DNA of 63,430 nucleotides, filler included, from Octopus bimaculoides (GCF_001194135.2; 7 parts of 6 records of this genome joined end to end with filler, not necessarily neighbours in it), one strand, 5' to 3'. Positions 52,015 through 63,084 are shown, counted from the first letter of the whole stretch. Notes: a model not told the origin generated them from the letters alone. Made by a program: numbers and translations.

Positions 52015-52093
<79 letters not shown>

Positions 52094-52094
<1 letters not shown>

Positions 52095-52290
52095 AGTTGG
52101 CAGAATCGTTAGCACACCGGGCGAAATGCTTAGCGGTCTTTCGTCTGTCGCTGCGTTCTGAGTTCAATTTCCGCCGAAGTCGCCTTTGCCTTTCATCCTT
52201 TCGGGGTCGATAAATTAAGTACCAGTTGTACACTGGGGTCAATATAATCGGCCTGTCCTTTCTCCCAAAACTTGCTGCCCTTGTGGCAAC
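52094..52290 (+). mobile_element. SINE-B between (TTA)n runs
   Basis: gttggcagaatcgttagcacaccgggcgaaatgcttagcgg...gagttcaatttccgccg. Confidence 0.9.
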
Positions 52291-52559
52291 ATTTGAAACC
52301 ATCATTGGTATTATTATTATTATTATTATTATTATCATTATCAATTAGCATCATGGATATGGCAGTGGGGTTGGAGAAGGTAAATTCCCACGCAATACCA
52401 CCATACAACAACCCTTTAGGGCGGGGCATAATTAACAAGTGAGTGCCTCCTTCAGTTGCACAGTGTAGTTCTGGTCTGCTCGTGGCTTGGGGCCATTAGG
52501 AAAGGATCTTTCACAAACGAGACCTTGCTTCTGAATACTGTCATCATCACCATCAGCAA

Positions 52560-52587
52560 CACCACTACCACCGCTACTCCACAACAT

Positions 52588-52630
<43 letters not shown>

Positions 52631-52725
52631 TACTACTACTACTACCACTACTACTACTACTGCTGCTACTGCTACTGTTGCTGCTACTACTACTACTACT
52701 ACTACTGCTGCTGCTACTACTGTTG

Positions 52726-52763
<38 letters not shown>

Positions 52764-52836
52764 GTTGCTGCTGCTGCTACTACTACTACTACTGTTGCTG
52801 CTACTACTACTACTACTACTACTGTTGCTGCTACTA

Positions 52837-52871
<35 letters not shown>

Positions 52872-53394
52872 TCTGATTCCTATCGTCAGCACTACCACTG
52901 CTGCCACCGTCACCCTCATCACTGTCATCACTATCACTAATGCCATCGTCTCTTTCACAATCGCCCCCTATCCCCACCACAACCAACCACCGTCACCCTC
53001 TTCCCCACCGCCATCACTGTTATTGCTACCTCCAGTACCACCACCATAACCATGACGTCATTACCACCATCTTGCCAACACCATCACCGCCGCCACAAAC
53101 CACCACTGCCACAAACCATCGCCGCCACAGCCATGACGTCAATACCACCATGTTACCAACACCATCACCACAGCTACAACCATCACCGCCAGCACCACCA
53201 TCACCCCACAACCACCTCATCCACAATCACCACCACCACAACCACCACTACCACCACCATCACCACCTCTATCACGCCCACTAACAATACCACTCTCGCC
53301 AGCACAACTATCGACTCACCACCACCACCACCACCACCACCACCACCACCACCATCATCAACTTCACTCACAACCAACACTGATTCATTTAACC
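52560..53394. repeat. Compound (CTA)/(CTG)n then (CCA)-rich low-complexity tract
   Basis: Direct reading; explains the poly-L/S/T/P/H ORFs. Confidence 0.9.
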
Positions 53395-53982
53395 NNNNNN
53401 NNNNNNNNNNNNNNNNNNNNNNNNNNNNNNNNNNNNNNNNNNNNNNNNNNNNNNNNNNNNNNNNNNNNNNNNNNNNNNNNNNNNNNNNNNNNNNNNNNNN
53501 NNNNNNNNNNNNNNNNNNNNNNNNNNNNNNNNNNNNNNNNNNNNNNNNNNNNNNNNNNNNNNNNNNNNNNNNNNNNNNNNNNNNNNNNNNNNNNNNNNNN
53601 NNNNNNNNNNNNNNNNNNNNNNNNNNNNNNNNNNNNNNNNNNNNNNNNNNNNNNNNNNNNNNNNNNNNNNNNNNNNNNNNNNNNNNNNNNNNNNNNNNNN
53701 NNNNNNNNNNNNNNNNNNNNNNNNNNNNNNNNNNNNNNNNNNNNNNNNNNNNNNNNNNNNNNNNNNNNNNNNNNNNNNNNNNNNNNNNNNNNNNNNNNNN
53801 NNNNNNNNNNNNNNNNNNNNNNNNNNNNNNNNNNNNNNNNNNNNNNNNNNNNNNNNNNNNNNNNNNNNNNNNNNNNNNNNNNNNNNNNNNNNNNNNNNNN
53901 NNNNNNNNNNNNNNNNNNNNNNNNNNNNNNNNNNNNNNNNNNNNNNNNNNNNNNNGATATTTTTGGATATCTTCAAAAAATA

Positions 53983-54232
53983 TGGCGATCTTTCGGTACT
54001 AGACCACCATAACTTTATCATATTGTGTGTTTATGTGTTTAAAGTTTAAGAACTGTATGAATCTGAGAGGAGAAGGTTTGAGTTTAGTGGGCCATTCATT
54101 TTTTTTTCTATTTAATGTTGTCTTTTCATATTTTCAAGTCATTTAAAAACAAACGCACTATACGATAATATAATCAGTATGCGTGCGCACAACGACCGGA
54201 AGTTACGGTGGTCTAGTACCGAAAGATCGCCA
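53983..54232. mobile_element. 33-bp inverted repeat pair ~185 bp apart, probable MITE/foldback
   Basis: TGGCGATCTTTCGGTACTAGACCACCATAACTT (53983-54015) versus reverse complement of 54200-54232, 1 mismatch. Confidence 0.65.
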
Positions 54233-55345
54233 AACATATTTTTATTTTTTATGGTACATCGTGTTTTATTTTACTTATCTTCATTGCATCCATTACGATC
54301 GCGTACTGTGACAAAACTATATCCACCAAATATTATTACGGATTTCCGAGCCCCCAGAAACAGCTGTTGGACCTTTCTTCCAACCCTTTAATTTTCTATG
54401 TCGTTTGTACTCTGTGTTAGTTGGACCTATTAATATAAATATGTATATATATTTATACTTAAAACTTCACCATCTGAAAGTCTATCATTTTGTATGTATA
54501 CATATATACATAATGTGTATTTCATACCCAAACTGTTATATCTAATATATTTAATATATTTAATATATTTAATGTGTCTAATTCGTTTATTCGCATAATT
54601 GCTTCTATATCCGCTCAACCTGATCTCTCTTATAGACTTTCTTTACCTTGCGGAATCGTGTGTTCAGTCCGGAGAATCTCTGGATCTCATCTGTGAAGTG
54701 TGTGTATGTGTGTGTGTGTGTGTGTGTATACATACATACATACATACATACATACATACATGCATGCATACACACACACACACACGCACACACACACACG
54801 CACACACACACACACACACATACATATATATATATGTATATATATATTTATGTATATATATGTACACACACATATATATGTATATATATATGTGTGTGTG
54901 TGTATGTATGTATCTATATATATTTTATATATATATAACTATACATACATACATACATGCATACCTATCTACATACATACATATATACATACATATATAT
55001 GTATATATGCATTTATGTGTCTATATATATAATATGTATATAACTATACATACATACATACATACATACATACATACATACATAATATAGGGCGTCCCCA
55101 AAATATAAAGCACTCTAACAGCTGATAATTCACATGCTTTTCCTTTCTATTTAGGTTCAACCACTCAGATATAAAGAAGGAAGACAGCTTTGAAAAAGGC
55201 AAGTTTTCTTTAAGTGCTACTGGATGTTTGAGAACGCAGTTGTCGTGCAACGACAGTTTAAGAAGAAATTTCAAACAGATCCGCCTACGCAACATAGAAT
55301 CAATCGAATTATAGATAAATTGGAAGCAGATGGAACCGTTCAGAA

Positions 55346-55502
55346 TTATTTACATTATTTACATTATTTACATTTGACGGATATTTGTCCTCATCTTGTT
55401 TGTTGTTAACACAGCGTTTCGGCTGACATACCCTCCAGCCTTCATCAGGTTTCTTGGGGAAATTTCGAACCTGGGTTCTCATTCCTAAGGTACTTTTTGA
55501 TG

Positions 55503-55569
<67 letters not shown>

Positions 55570-55683
55570 CATCATCATCATTATTATTATTATGCCCACG
55601 GGCATATGGCGTAGTGGTTAAGAGCGCGGGCTACTAACCCCAAGATTCCGAATTCGATTCCAGGCAGGGACCTGAATAATAAT
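55346..55683. mobile_element. Second composite element: hammerhead arm (-), (TTA)n, tRNA-like head (+), (AAT)3
   Basis: Reverse complement of 34240-34525; head GGGCATATGGCGTAGTGGTTAAGAGCGCGGGCTACTAACCCCAAGATTCCGAATTCGATTCCAGGCAG has A and B boxes. Confidence 0.8.
55408..55453 (-). ncRNA. Degenerate type-I minimal hammerhead ribozyme (copy 3)
   Basis: gaaac-CUGAUGA-A-GGCUG GAGGGUAUGU CAGCC-GAAA-CGC-U-GUGUU; perfect 5-bp stem II, U16.1 replaced by C. Confidence 0.7.
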
Positions 55684-56324
55684 CTGTATATTTGCACCTA
55701 CTGGGGATCTGAGAGTCCGTATATTACGGAGAAACATTGTGTTAATTTATCAGGAGTTGCAATACGTTGAATGAACCATTCGCATTTTACGATCATGTGA
55801 CTGGTCCACTTTATTTAGACTTGCTACAACAACTAGCGTGCCAAGCAGTCACAATAGATTACCTCAACGCTCCCGAAATAATGTGAAGGTTTATCTTGAA
55901 GCGATTTTACCAGACAAAGTGGACCGAACGAAGAAGCTCAGTAGAATGCCCCCGAAACGTTTCTAGATGCTTTCCATTCCATTACGTCACGTGATCGGCT
56001 GTGCCTCGACCAGAATAGTCATGAGCTTGAAAACAGACGGCCATAAAATAATTGTCAGTAGATTCTTTTAAATTATTTTGAAAATAAAGAGTAGTTTAAT
56101 TAAGATTATGCGATCACTGAATATGTGTATACATATTTTTGGGCTTAACCTGCATACAATTAGTATATATAGTAGCTTCGCACACAAAATTATTCGATCT
56201 ACTAAACTAGTGCTACGTAGCAATGCATTCATGTTGACCTATTAGCTTATGTTGAGGCCTTTCACGCTTTATTTAATTGTGCCTGTGCATGTGTGTGTGT
56301 GTATCTGAATATACGTATGTAGGG

Positions 56325-56361
<37 letters not shown>

Positions 56362-56502
56362 NNNNNNNNNNNNNNNNNNNNNNNNNNNNNNNNNNNNNNN
56401 NNNNNTTAATTAATTAANNNNNNNNNNNNNNNNNNNNNNNNNNNNNNNNNNNNNNNNNNNNCACACACACACACATATATATATACACATACATACATAC
56501 AA

Positions 56503-56838
56503 GTGAAGGCGCATGGCTCAGTGGTTAGAGCGTCGAGCTTACGATCGTCAGGTTGTGAGTTCGAATCCCAGACCGGGCTGCGTGTTGTGTTCTTGAGCAA
56601 GTCACTTTATTTCACGTTGCTCCATTTCACTCAGCTGTAGAAATGAGTTGTGACGTCACAGGTGCCAAGCTGTATCGGCCTTTGCCTTTCCCTTGGATAA
56701 CACAGGTGGCCTGGAGAGGGGAGGCCGGTATGCATGGACGACTGCTGGTCTTCCATAAACAACCTTGCCCGGACTTGTGTCTGGGAGGGTAACTTTCTAG
56801 GTGCGATCCCATGGTCAGTCATGACCGAAGGGAGTCTC
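56503..56838 (+). mobile_element. tRNA-headed SINE of another family (central domain resembles Meta-type SINEs)
   Basis: ATGGCTCAGTGGTTAG A box, GAGTTCGAATCC B box, then ttcttgagcaagtcactttatttcacgttgctcc...cactcagctgtagaaatgag. Confidence 0.8.
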
Positions 56839-56855
56839 AACATATATATATATAC

Positions 56856-57010
56856 GCGACAGGCTTCTTTCAGTTTCCGTCTACCAAATCCACTTTGGTT
56901 GGTCGGAGGCTATAGTAGAAGACACTTGCCCAAGATACCATGCAATGGGACTGAACCCAGAACCATGTGGTTGGGAAGCAAGCTTCTTACCACACAGTCA
57001 CTCCTGCGCC
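56856..57010 (-). mobile_element. SINE-A 5' half
   Basis: Ends ...ccacacagtcactcctgcgcc on the plus strand. Confidence 0.85.
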
Positions 57011-57547
57011 ATATGCAAATATCAATACTCCGAATCGTCTCAACCTCAAAACCACTCCCTCAAAACTACTTTCACACAACATTGAAACCCCAGCAAAGAA
57101 CGTAAGTAAAAATCGAAAATGCAGAGGGACAAAGAAAAGATAGAAAACTAATCTTAGGACAAACAAAGTAAAAAAAAAAAACACTAACAAAATATAACAA
57201 AAGAAATAAGGCTTAATCAAAGAAACCCGAAACAAAGTTTTTCTATCCCTTTTGAAGCCACTTTAATTTCCGTATTGCAAGTTATACTGCACAATAAAAC
57301 AACACTGTTTACCCAACACATTCCCTGTAGATCATCCAGTAAGTAATATAACAATGTGCGACCCAACGTGGGAACCTCTATGTACCCGATGGATTCTTAG
57401 AAATAACAGCCCAAACTCTTTCAAGCCACAACACTGATTAAAAAAAAAGAAAGAATATATTGGATAATGTAGTCTTAGTTATACTTCAGAAGACGATTGT
57501 GTCACTATTGGAACGCTTTTCATTATAGAGTCTATAACTGAACTAGT

Positions 57548-57750
57548 TACTCTTTTACTTGTTTCAGTCATTTCACTAAGGCCATGCTGGAGCACCGCCT
57601 TTAGTCAAGAAAATCGACCCCAGGACTTATTCTTTGTAAGCCTAGTACTTATTCTATCGGTCTCTTTTTGCCGAACCGCTAGATACGGGGACGTAAACAC
57701 ACCAACATCGGTTGTCAAGTGATGGTGGGAGGACAAACACAGACACACAA

Positions 57751-57781
<31 letters not shown>

Positions 57782-58153
57782 NNNNNNNNNNNNNNNNNNN
57801 NNNNNNNNNNNNNNNNNNNNNNNNNNNNNNNNNNNNNNNNNNNNNNNNNNNNNNNNNNNNNNNNNNNNNNNNNNNNNNNNNNNNNNNNNNNNNNNNNNNN
57901 NNNNNNNNNNNNNNNNNNNNNNNNNNNNNNNNNNNNNNNNNNNNNNNNNNNNNNNNNNNNNNNNNNNNNNNNNNNNNNNNNNNNNTATACGACGGGCTTC
58001 TTTCAGTTTCCGTCTATCAAATCCACTCACAAGGCTTTGATCGGCCCGAAGCTATAGTAGAAGACACTTACCCAAGGTGCCACGCAGTGGGAATGAACCC
58101 GGAACCATGTGGTTAGTAAGCAAGCTACTTACCACACAGCCACTCCTGCGCCT
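57548..58153 (-). mobile_element. SINE-A, full length with a gap in the internal microsatellite
   Basis: Same as 909-1311. Confidence 0.9.
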
Positions 58154-58165
58154 ATTAAAAATGTG

Positions 58166-58261
58166 TGCCCCAGGTGAGGATCGAACTCACGACCTCCAGA
58201 TCCCTCAACATACCTTGTTTGATTATGAGACTGACGCGCTGCCTACAGCGCTACCGAGGCT
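58166..58261 (-). tRNA. tRNA-Met(CAT), elongator type, with 23-nt intron at 37/38 (intron 58202-58224)
   Basis: GCCTCGG TA GCGC TGTAGGCA GCGC G TCAGT CT CAT A [ATCAAAACAAGGTATGTTGAGGG] A TCTGG AGGTC GTGAG TTCGATC CTCAC CTGGGGC A, then CACA and TTTTT terminator; exons very similar to metazoan elongator tRNA-Met; deviations A14>T, G6-T67, T27-G43. Confidence 0.88.
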
Positions 58262-58765
58262 TTCATTGTAATTTGTTAAAAAGTTTGTCAGGGGTCATGA
58301 AATGGTGTCATTGTTTTGACGTATATAATTTCCTGATTCAAACTCTATGGATCATACACAGGAGATAATTAAAATCAGCTTTTCAAAGCAGGGAATCATT
58401 ATTTTACAACAATCCAAGAAGACCGAAGGACAATGCATCTCAGAATCCATTTTATTGAAAAGGTTTGTTGACATGTATGATTAAAAGAACTTTAAAAGAA
58501 GATTAAATATATACAAGATAATTGCATAAAGCATAACATTTTCAATGTTGACTGTAAATAAATATAAATTCAATTTTGCTTAAATCTGAATATAATAAAT
58601 TATTTGATTTATGAGCGTCTTTTCAGGAAAAAAAAATACTTGTTTTGATAAAGAACGACAATTATTTTGTTCATGTACCGCCTATTTGTCAATAAAATGG
58701 ACATGTTCTTTAGCTTATTTTAGTTGTCATTGGCAAGGTCATGTTGCAGCACCAACTTCAGCACC

Positions 58766-58834
<69 letters not shown>

Positions 58835-58934
58835 NNNNNNNNNNNNNNNNNNNNNNNNNNNNNNNNNNNNNNNNNNNNTTAATTAATTAANNNNNNNNNN
58901 NNNNNNNNNNNNNNNNNNNNNNNNNNNNNNNNNN

Positions 58935-59786
58935 TTTTATCACCTTCAAAGTATTCTTCATTTGAAGCAATGCATCAGTCCAGACGCGTTTTCCACTATT
59001 CGAAGCAAAGCTGGAACTCTTGCGATGTAATACGTTTTAACACCTCCGTCGTGTTTTCCTTCACCTCTTCCACACCTGAAAATTCCATAGCACCAGCATT
59101 TGTCACCAGTGATGACTTTCAAAAAAAAGGTCCAGATCAACTTCCAATTGTTCTTTCATGTTCACAACATGCATTCAGTTGTGACTGATTTTGATCTTCC
59201 ATAAGCAAGCAAGGCACAAATTTTGCTGCAAATCTTTTCATTCGCAATTCCTCACACAGAATTCATTGGCAGCAGCTCCAGAACACACCAATCATATCAA
59301 CAAGTTTATCAATTGTTTGGTAACGGTCCTCCAAGATCACTTAATGATTTTTCATGATGTTTACATTCATTTGGTATGTCGACAGTTGTCCTTGATGAGA
59401 TCGGTCTTCAAATGACAAATGACCATTCCTAAAGTGCGAAAACCACTCATAAACTCGTGTTTTACTCATGGTACAATATCCTTGTAAGCTGTTAGAAGCA
59501 TGACATCTGCTTTGGCCACCGTTTTCCCCAGTAGAAAACATGAATTTCATGGAAGTATATTGTTCCTTCATTTCAGCCATTGCAAAAAATCGACAAATAG
59601 GGGAGAAGCACTGCAAAATAAAGATGCACCACATGGCAGTATGACATCAGCCAACAACACCAGTCAGCAGACTGATGCCAGATGGTTGCATCAAGGTTGC
59701 CAAAGGGTTGCATCTAGCAGTGGAAGCCTGAGCTATAATGGGCTTGTCCCACAGAAAATATTCCTGGTTACTTTTGGGTACCCCTC

Positions 59787-59789
<3 letters not shown>
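58935..59789 (-). mobile_element. Internally deleted mariner transposon
   Basis: 5' TIR TACGAGGGGTACCCAAAAGTAACCAGGAA; MAEMKEQYTSMKF...MSKTRVYEWFSHFRNGHLSFED; VITGDKCWCYG; left end lost in a gap. Confidence 0.85.
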
Positions 59790-59825
<36 letters not shown>

Positions 59826-60278
59826 AAGTTAATTGCAGAATAAAACTATTAGGTCATCTGCAATTAACTTTGTACTTTTGTCTCAACTAGTTTGAGCACT
59901 TCTTTTACAGCCTTGTATAAATTCTATTGGTTTTCTAATACAAAACTGTTAATATTGAATATATATATATATATATATACAGTACAGGTGAACAGGTTCA
60001 AATGGAAAAGGATTTGGTGATGGTATGTAGGTTCTGCCATATTTTGGAAACCAAACTAAAGCAAGCAAGAAGAAATACACAGAGAGTGGAAAGAACAATA
60101 GTAATAAAAGTTAAAAAAGAAAAAGAAAAAAAACATGGCCCCCAAACATCAACAAGCTACTATCACAACAAATGTCTAAACATGTGAAAAAGGCACCAGA
60201 AGAGTAAGGCAAAACAGCAAGGCAAGACAAGGCGGGAAGTGACACAAATGGACAACAGTAGCCAAGGGTCATGCAAAC

Positions 60279-60485
60279 CTTTTCTTGGAGCAGGTACTCT
60301 CTCTCCCTTTCCAAATCGGCATTGGCCTGTGTGAGCAGGGCCACCTGCCGGTCAAACTTCTCAATGTCAACGCTGAAGTCGCTGCTAGCATCTTCCTCAT
60401 CACTGTTCATAGAGCGTGGTTCACGCAGATAACCCATTTTTAGCGGATACAAGCTGGCAGCAGCTTTGTCTAGTAAATACTCAGC
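60279..60485 (-). CDS. Internal coding exon of an unidentified host gene (acidic segment + coiled coil)
   Basis: Acceptor tctttgtcttaaAG, donor AAG|GTttgc, 207 nt phase 0-0, stop-free: AEYLLDKAAASLYPLKMGYLREPRSMNSDEEDASSDFSVDIEKFDRQVALLTQANADLEREREYLLQEK; GC well above the flanks. Confidence 0.8.
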
Positions 60486-60685
60486 CTTTAAGACAAAGAT
60501 TATATGTATGTATATATATATATATATATGTGTGTNNNNNNNNNNNNNNNNNNNNNNNNNNNNNNNNNNNNNNNNNNNNTTAATTAATTAANNNNNNNNN
60601 NNNNNNNNNNNNNNNNNNNNNNNNNNNNNNNNNNNATACACATATATACATACACACATATACATACACACACATATATATATAC

Positions 60686-60716
<31 letters not shown>

Positions 60717-60829
60717 CATACATACATGTGTGTGTGTGTAATGTGAGAGGTATTTGAGGACATATTTGGTGATCTAATGAAACAAATCTAATCTAGTAAA
60801 AACAAAATATATACCAATGAAAATTTGTC

Positions 60830-61060
60830 TCCATGTTATCAATAAGCTTTCTTATAAGGTTCTCCTCTGAATCCACCTTCAAGGATTGCTTCGATGTGGG
60901 ACTGTCCTTATTAAAGAGTTCTTATTCGTTTTGGACATCATGCAGATAATGGTGGCATTTCAGTGAAGCTATGGAACGTCGACTAGTCTCAATTTCTACA
61001 AGACTCCAAATGTTGTAATTCACGGGATTTAAATCTGGTAAGTTTGGACACCACAAGTTT
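60830..61060 (-). mobile_element. Tc1/mariner-superfamily C-terminal remnant
   Basis: WCPNLPDLNPVNYNIWSLVE (cf. WPPxSPDLNPLDYxxW). Confidence 0.7.
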
Positions 61061-61398
61061 GGTGCTGCACGATTATAAAGATTATTTGACATCTGGCTGA
61101 CCAATGCTTTGTGAATGGATTAGGCAGACAGAAACTAAAAGAATTCTGGCAGCTCTGTATATATATGTGAGTGTGGTGGGGTGTAAATGCACTTAGCTTA
61201 ACCTTTTTGGCGGACAACCAGATCGAACCAACTCAAGTGTAACTGCCTGAAATGGTTATGACTTCTGGTACTTGACTGAAGAAAGAAAGCCAAGAATAAC
61301 CTGTCTTTTTTGCCTGTCCTTCTAATTGTTTCTCTTGTCCACCTTTATGTCGTCTATCTGTCCGAACGTTTTAATACTCTCTATTGCATTTTTGTTCC

Positions 61399-61433
<35 letters not shown>

Positions 61434-61449
61434 GATATATATATATACT

Positions 61450-61610
61450 ACACTCTCGGAGTGGTTGGCATTAGGAAGGGCATCCAGCTATAGAAACTTT
61501 GCCAAATCAGATTGGAGCCTGGTGTAGCCATCTGGTTCACCAGTCCTCAGTTAAATCGTCCAGCCCATGCTAGCATGGAAAGCGGACGTTAAACAATGAC
61601 GATGATGATG
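61450..61610 (+). mobile_element. SINE-C 3' portion
   Basis: gagtggttggcattaggaagggcatccagc...gcatggaaagcggacgttaaacaatgacgatgatgatg. Confidence 0.85.
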
Positions 61611-62099
61611 GTCTATATATATGCATACACACTTCCATCCATCAGTCTGGTCAGGTGACACTTTGAACTGAGTTGTGCTAACACCTATTTGTCTACAAGA
61701 AATTTTCTCCATGACTAAATATAAAATACAGGGAATGGTTTTCTTACAGGTTCAAATATGACTTGAGCAAATTTGAAGTGGTAACAAATTTATGTACGTA
61801 TATGTGTATATAAAACTTACTTGGAACAGGATGCATGGCGTTCGATCATATAATAATATAAATAATATATAAATACATGCATATACCCATACATATATGT
61901 ACATGTGTATATGCGTGTGTGTATGTGTATATATGTGTGTGTGTGTGTATAATATGACGGGTTTAGTTCACTGGTGATCTAAACAAATAGGTATGCTGAG
62001 TAAGTGTCATAATTGGCCATTCATTGGGTTCCAATTTCACAGATGAGGCAGGAGCTAGAGATCTGTATTAGGCTTCCGTATCACCTTAAGAAGGGCCAT

Positions 62100-62215
62100 G
62101 TTTCCAGGTTCAGTCGCGCTGTGTGGCACCTTGTGAATGTGTTTTCCACAATAGCTTTGGGCCAACCAAAGCCTTGTGAGTGGATTTGGTAGACAGAAGA
62201 TGAAGGAAGCCCATT
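62100..62215 (-). mobile_element. SINE-A head fragment, diverged
   Basis: ccaaagccttgtgagtggatttggtagacagaag motif, read in mixed context. Confidence 0.6.
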
Positions 62216-62220
62216 ATATA

Positions 62221-62386
62221 TATATTTAGAACAATAAGGTAGTCAGAACGTTGGATGATTATATATATTTTTTTTGACATCTTATTTACATTTTTAGCGC
62301 TTTCTTCCACTAAAAATGTAAATAAGATGTAAATAAAAGTATATATAATCATCCAACATTCTGACTATCTTATTATTCTAAATATA
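62221..62386. mobile_element. ~166-bp near-perfect palindrome (foldback MITE in TA context)
   Basis: Outer arms 46 bp with 3 transitions; inner arms ACATCTTATTTACATTTTTAG / CTAAAAATGTAAATAAGATGT perfect 21 bp; 12-nt loop. Confidence 0.8.
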
Positions 62387-63084
62387 CAATATCTGTTCAT
62401 CATTTCAAAACCTCTCTCTATCTATCTATCTATCTAATATAATAAATATGAAAACTAATTTCTGTGTGTCAGTGTGTCACATTTCAACCCCCTCTCTCAC
62501 TTTTCATTGACACTCATACTATTGCTCATGTTGGGGCAAGTGTAATAGTAGGCATAGAGGCAGTAGTAGATTGATGGTTATGATGGTAATGTGGTGATAG
62601 TAATAGTATCAGCTGTAGTTGTGATAGAGGTGGAGGCGACAGTAATGATGGTGGTAGCTGAAGCAGTCAGGGATAATGGTGATAGTAAGCAATGTGAAAG
62701 ACAGTGGTGATGGTGGTGGAGGGGAAGGCGGCAAAGTCAAAGGTATTGATGGTGGTGGCATGAGAAGTCTGAATAGTGTGTGTGTATGGCAGTTGTGGTG
62801 GTGATGGTGGTGGTTGAAAACAATCAACAGAAAGAGAGAGAGGTTAGACAGAAAAAAATTGTACTGACCCCTGGGAAGGCAAAAAAATGCTGTTTATCAT
62901 GCAGCTTTGCGATAAGTTCCAAGTCAACAAATTATATCATTGTTTTGATGAAGTTGTTCATTGCTTGAAAAATATTGATCAAGTTCAATAAAATTTAATA
63001 TGTACTCAAAGCATGACATGTCATTGTTAGGCCCAAGGCCCAGTGAAGAGCCCTCAACAGACGCTAGCTTAAAAGTTGCCCTGT

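Larger units (their letters stand above)
55088..55960 (+). mobile_element. Tc1/mariner-superfamily transposase remnant (DUF4817-like HTH), interrupted at 55346-55683
   Basis: MFENAVVVQRQFKKKFQTDPPTQHRINRIIDKLEADGTVQ before the insert; TYWGSESPYITEKHCVNLSGV and NVKVYLEAILPDK/WTERRSSVECPR after it. Confidence 0.75.

Noticed and set aside
52452-53394. Signal-peptide-like plus Ser/Thr/Pro-rich mucin-like ORFs
   Set aside because: Explained by compound trinucleotide repeats open in several frames on both strands.
3015-55090. Numerous long ORFs rich in MYVC/HTYI/poly-X, poly-I/N/L/S/E/R
   Set aside because: Translations of (TACA)n, (CA)n, (TA)n and trinucleotide microsatellites, or of N gaps.
55594-55675. 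tRNA gene with ACT anticodon (also 34268-34355)
   Set aside because: Acceptor and anticodon stems do not pair properly and it is followed by (AAT)n; interpreted as a SINE head.
7736-60591. Identical TTAATTAATTAA islands inside N runs (7736, 39579, 49482, 56406, 58879, 60580)
   Set aside because: Always centred in ~100-bp gaps with stops in all frames: a scaffolding spacer, not biology.
61200-61300. Minus-strand 73-nt exon-like segment (ttcttcAG ... AAG|GTtaag)
   Set aside because: The only open frame ends in phase 1, incompatible with the phase-0 exon at 60485, and the context resembles a dispersed repeat.
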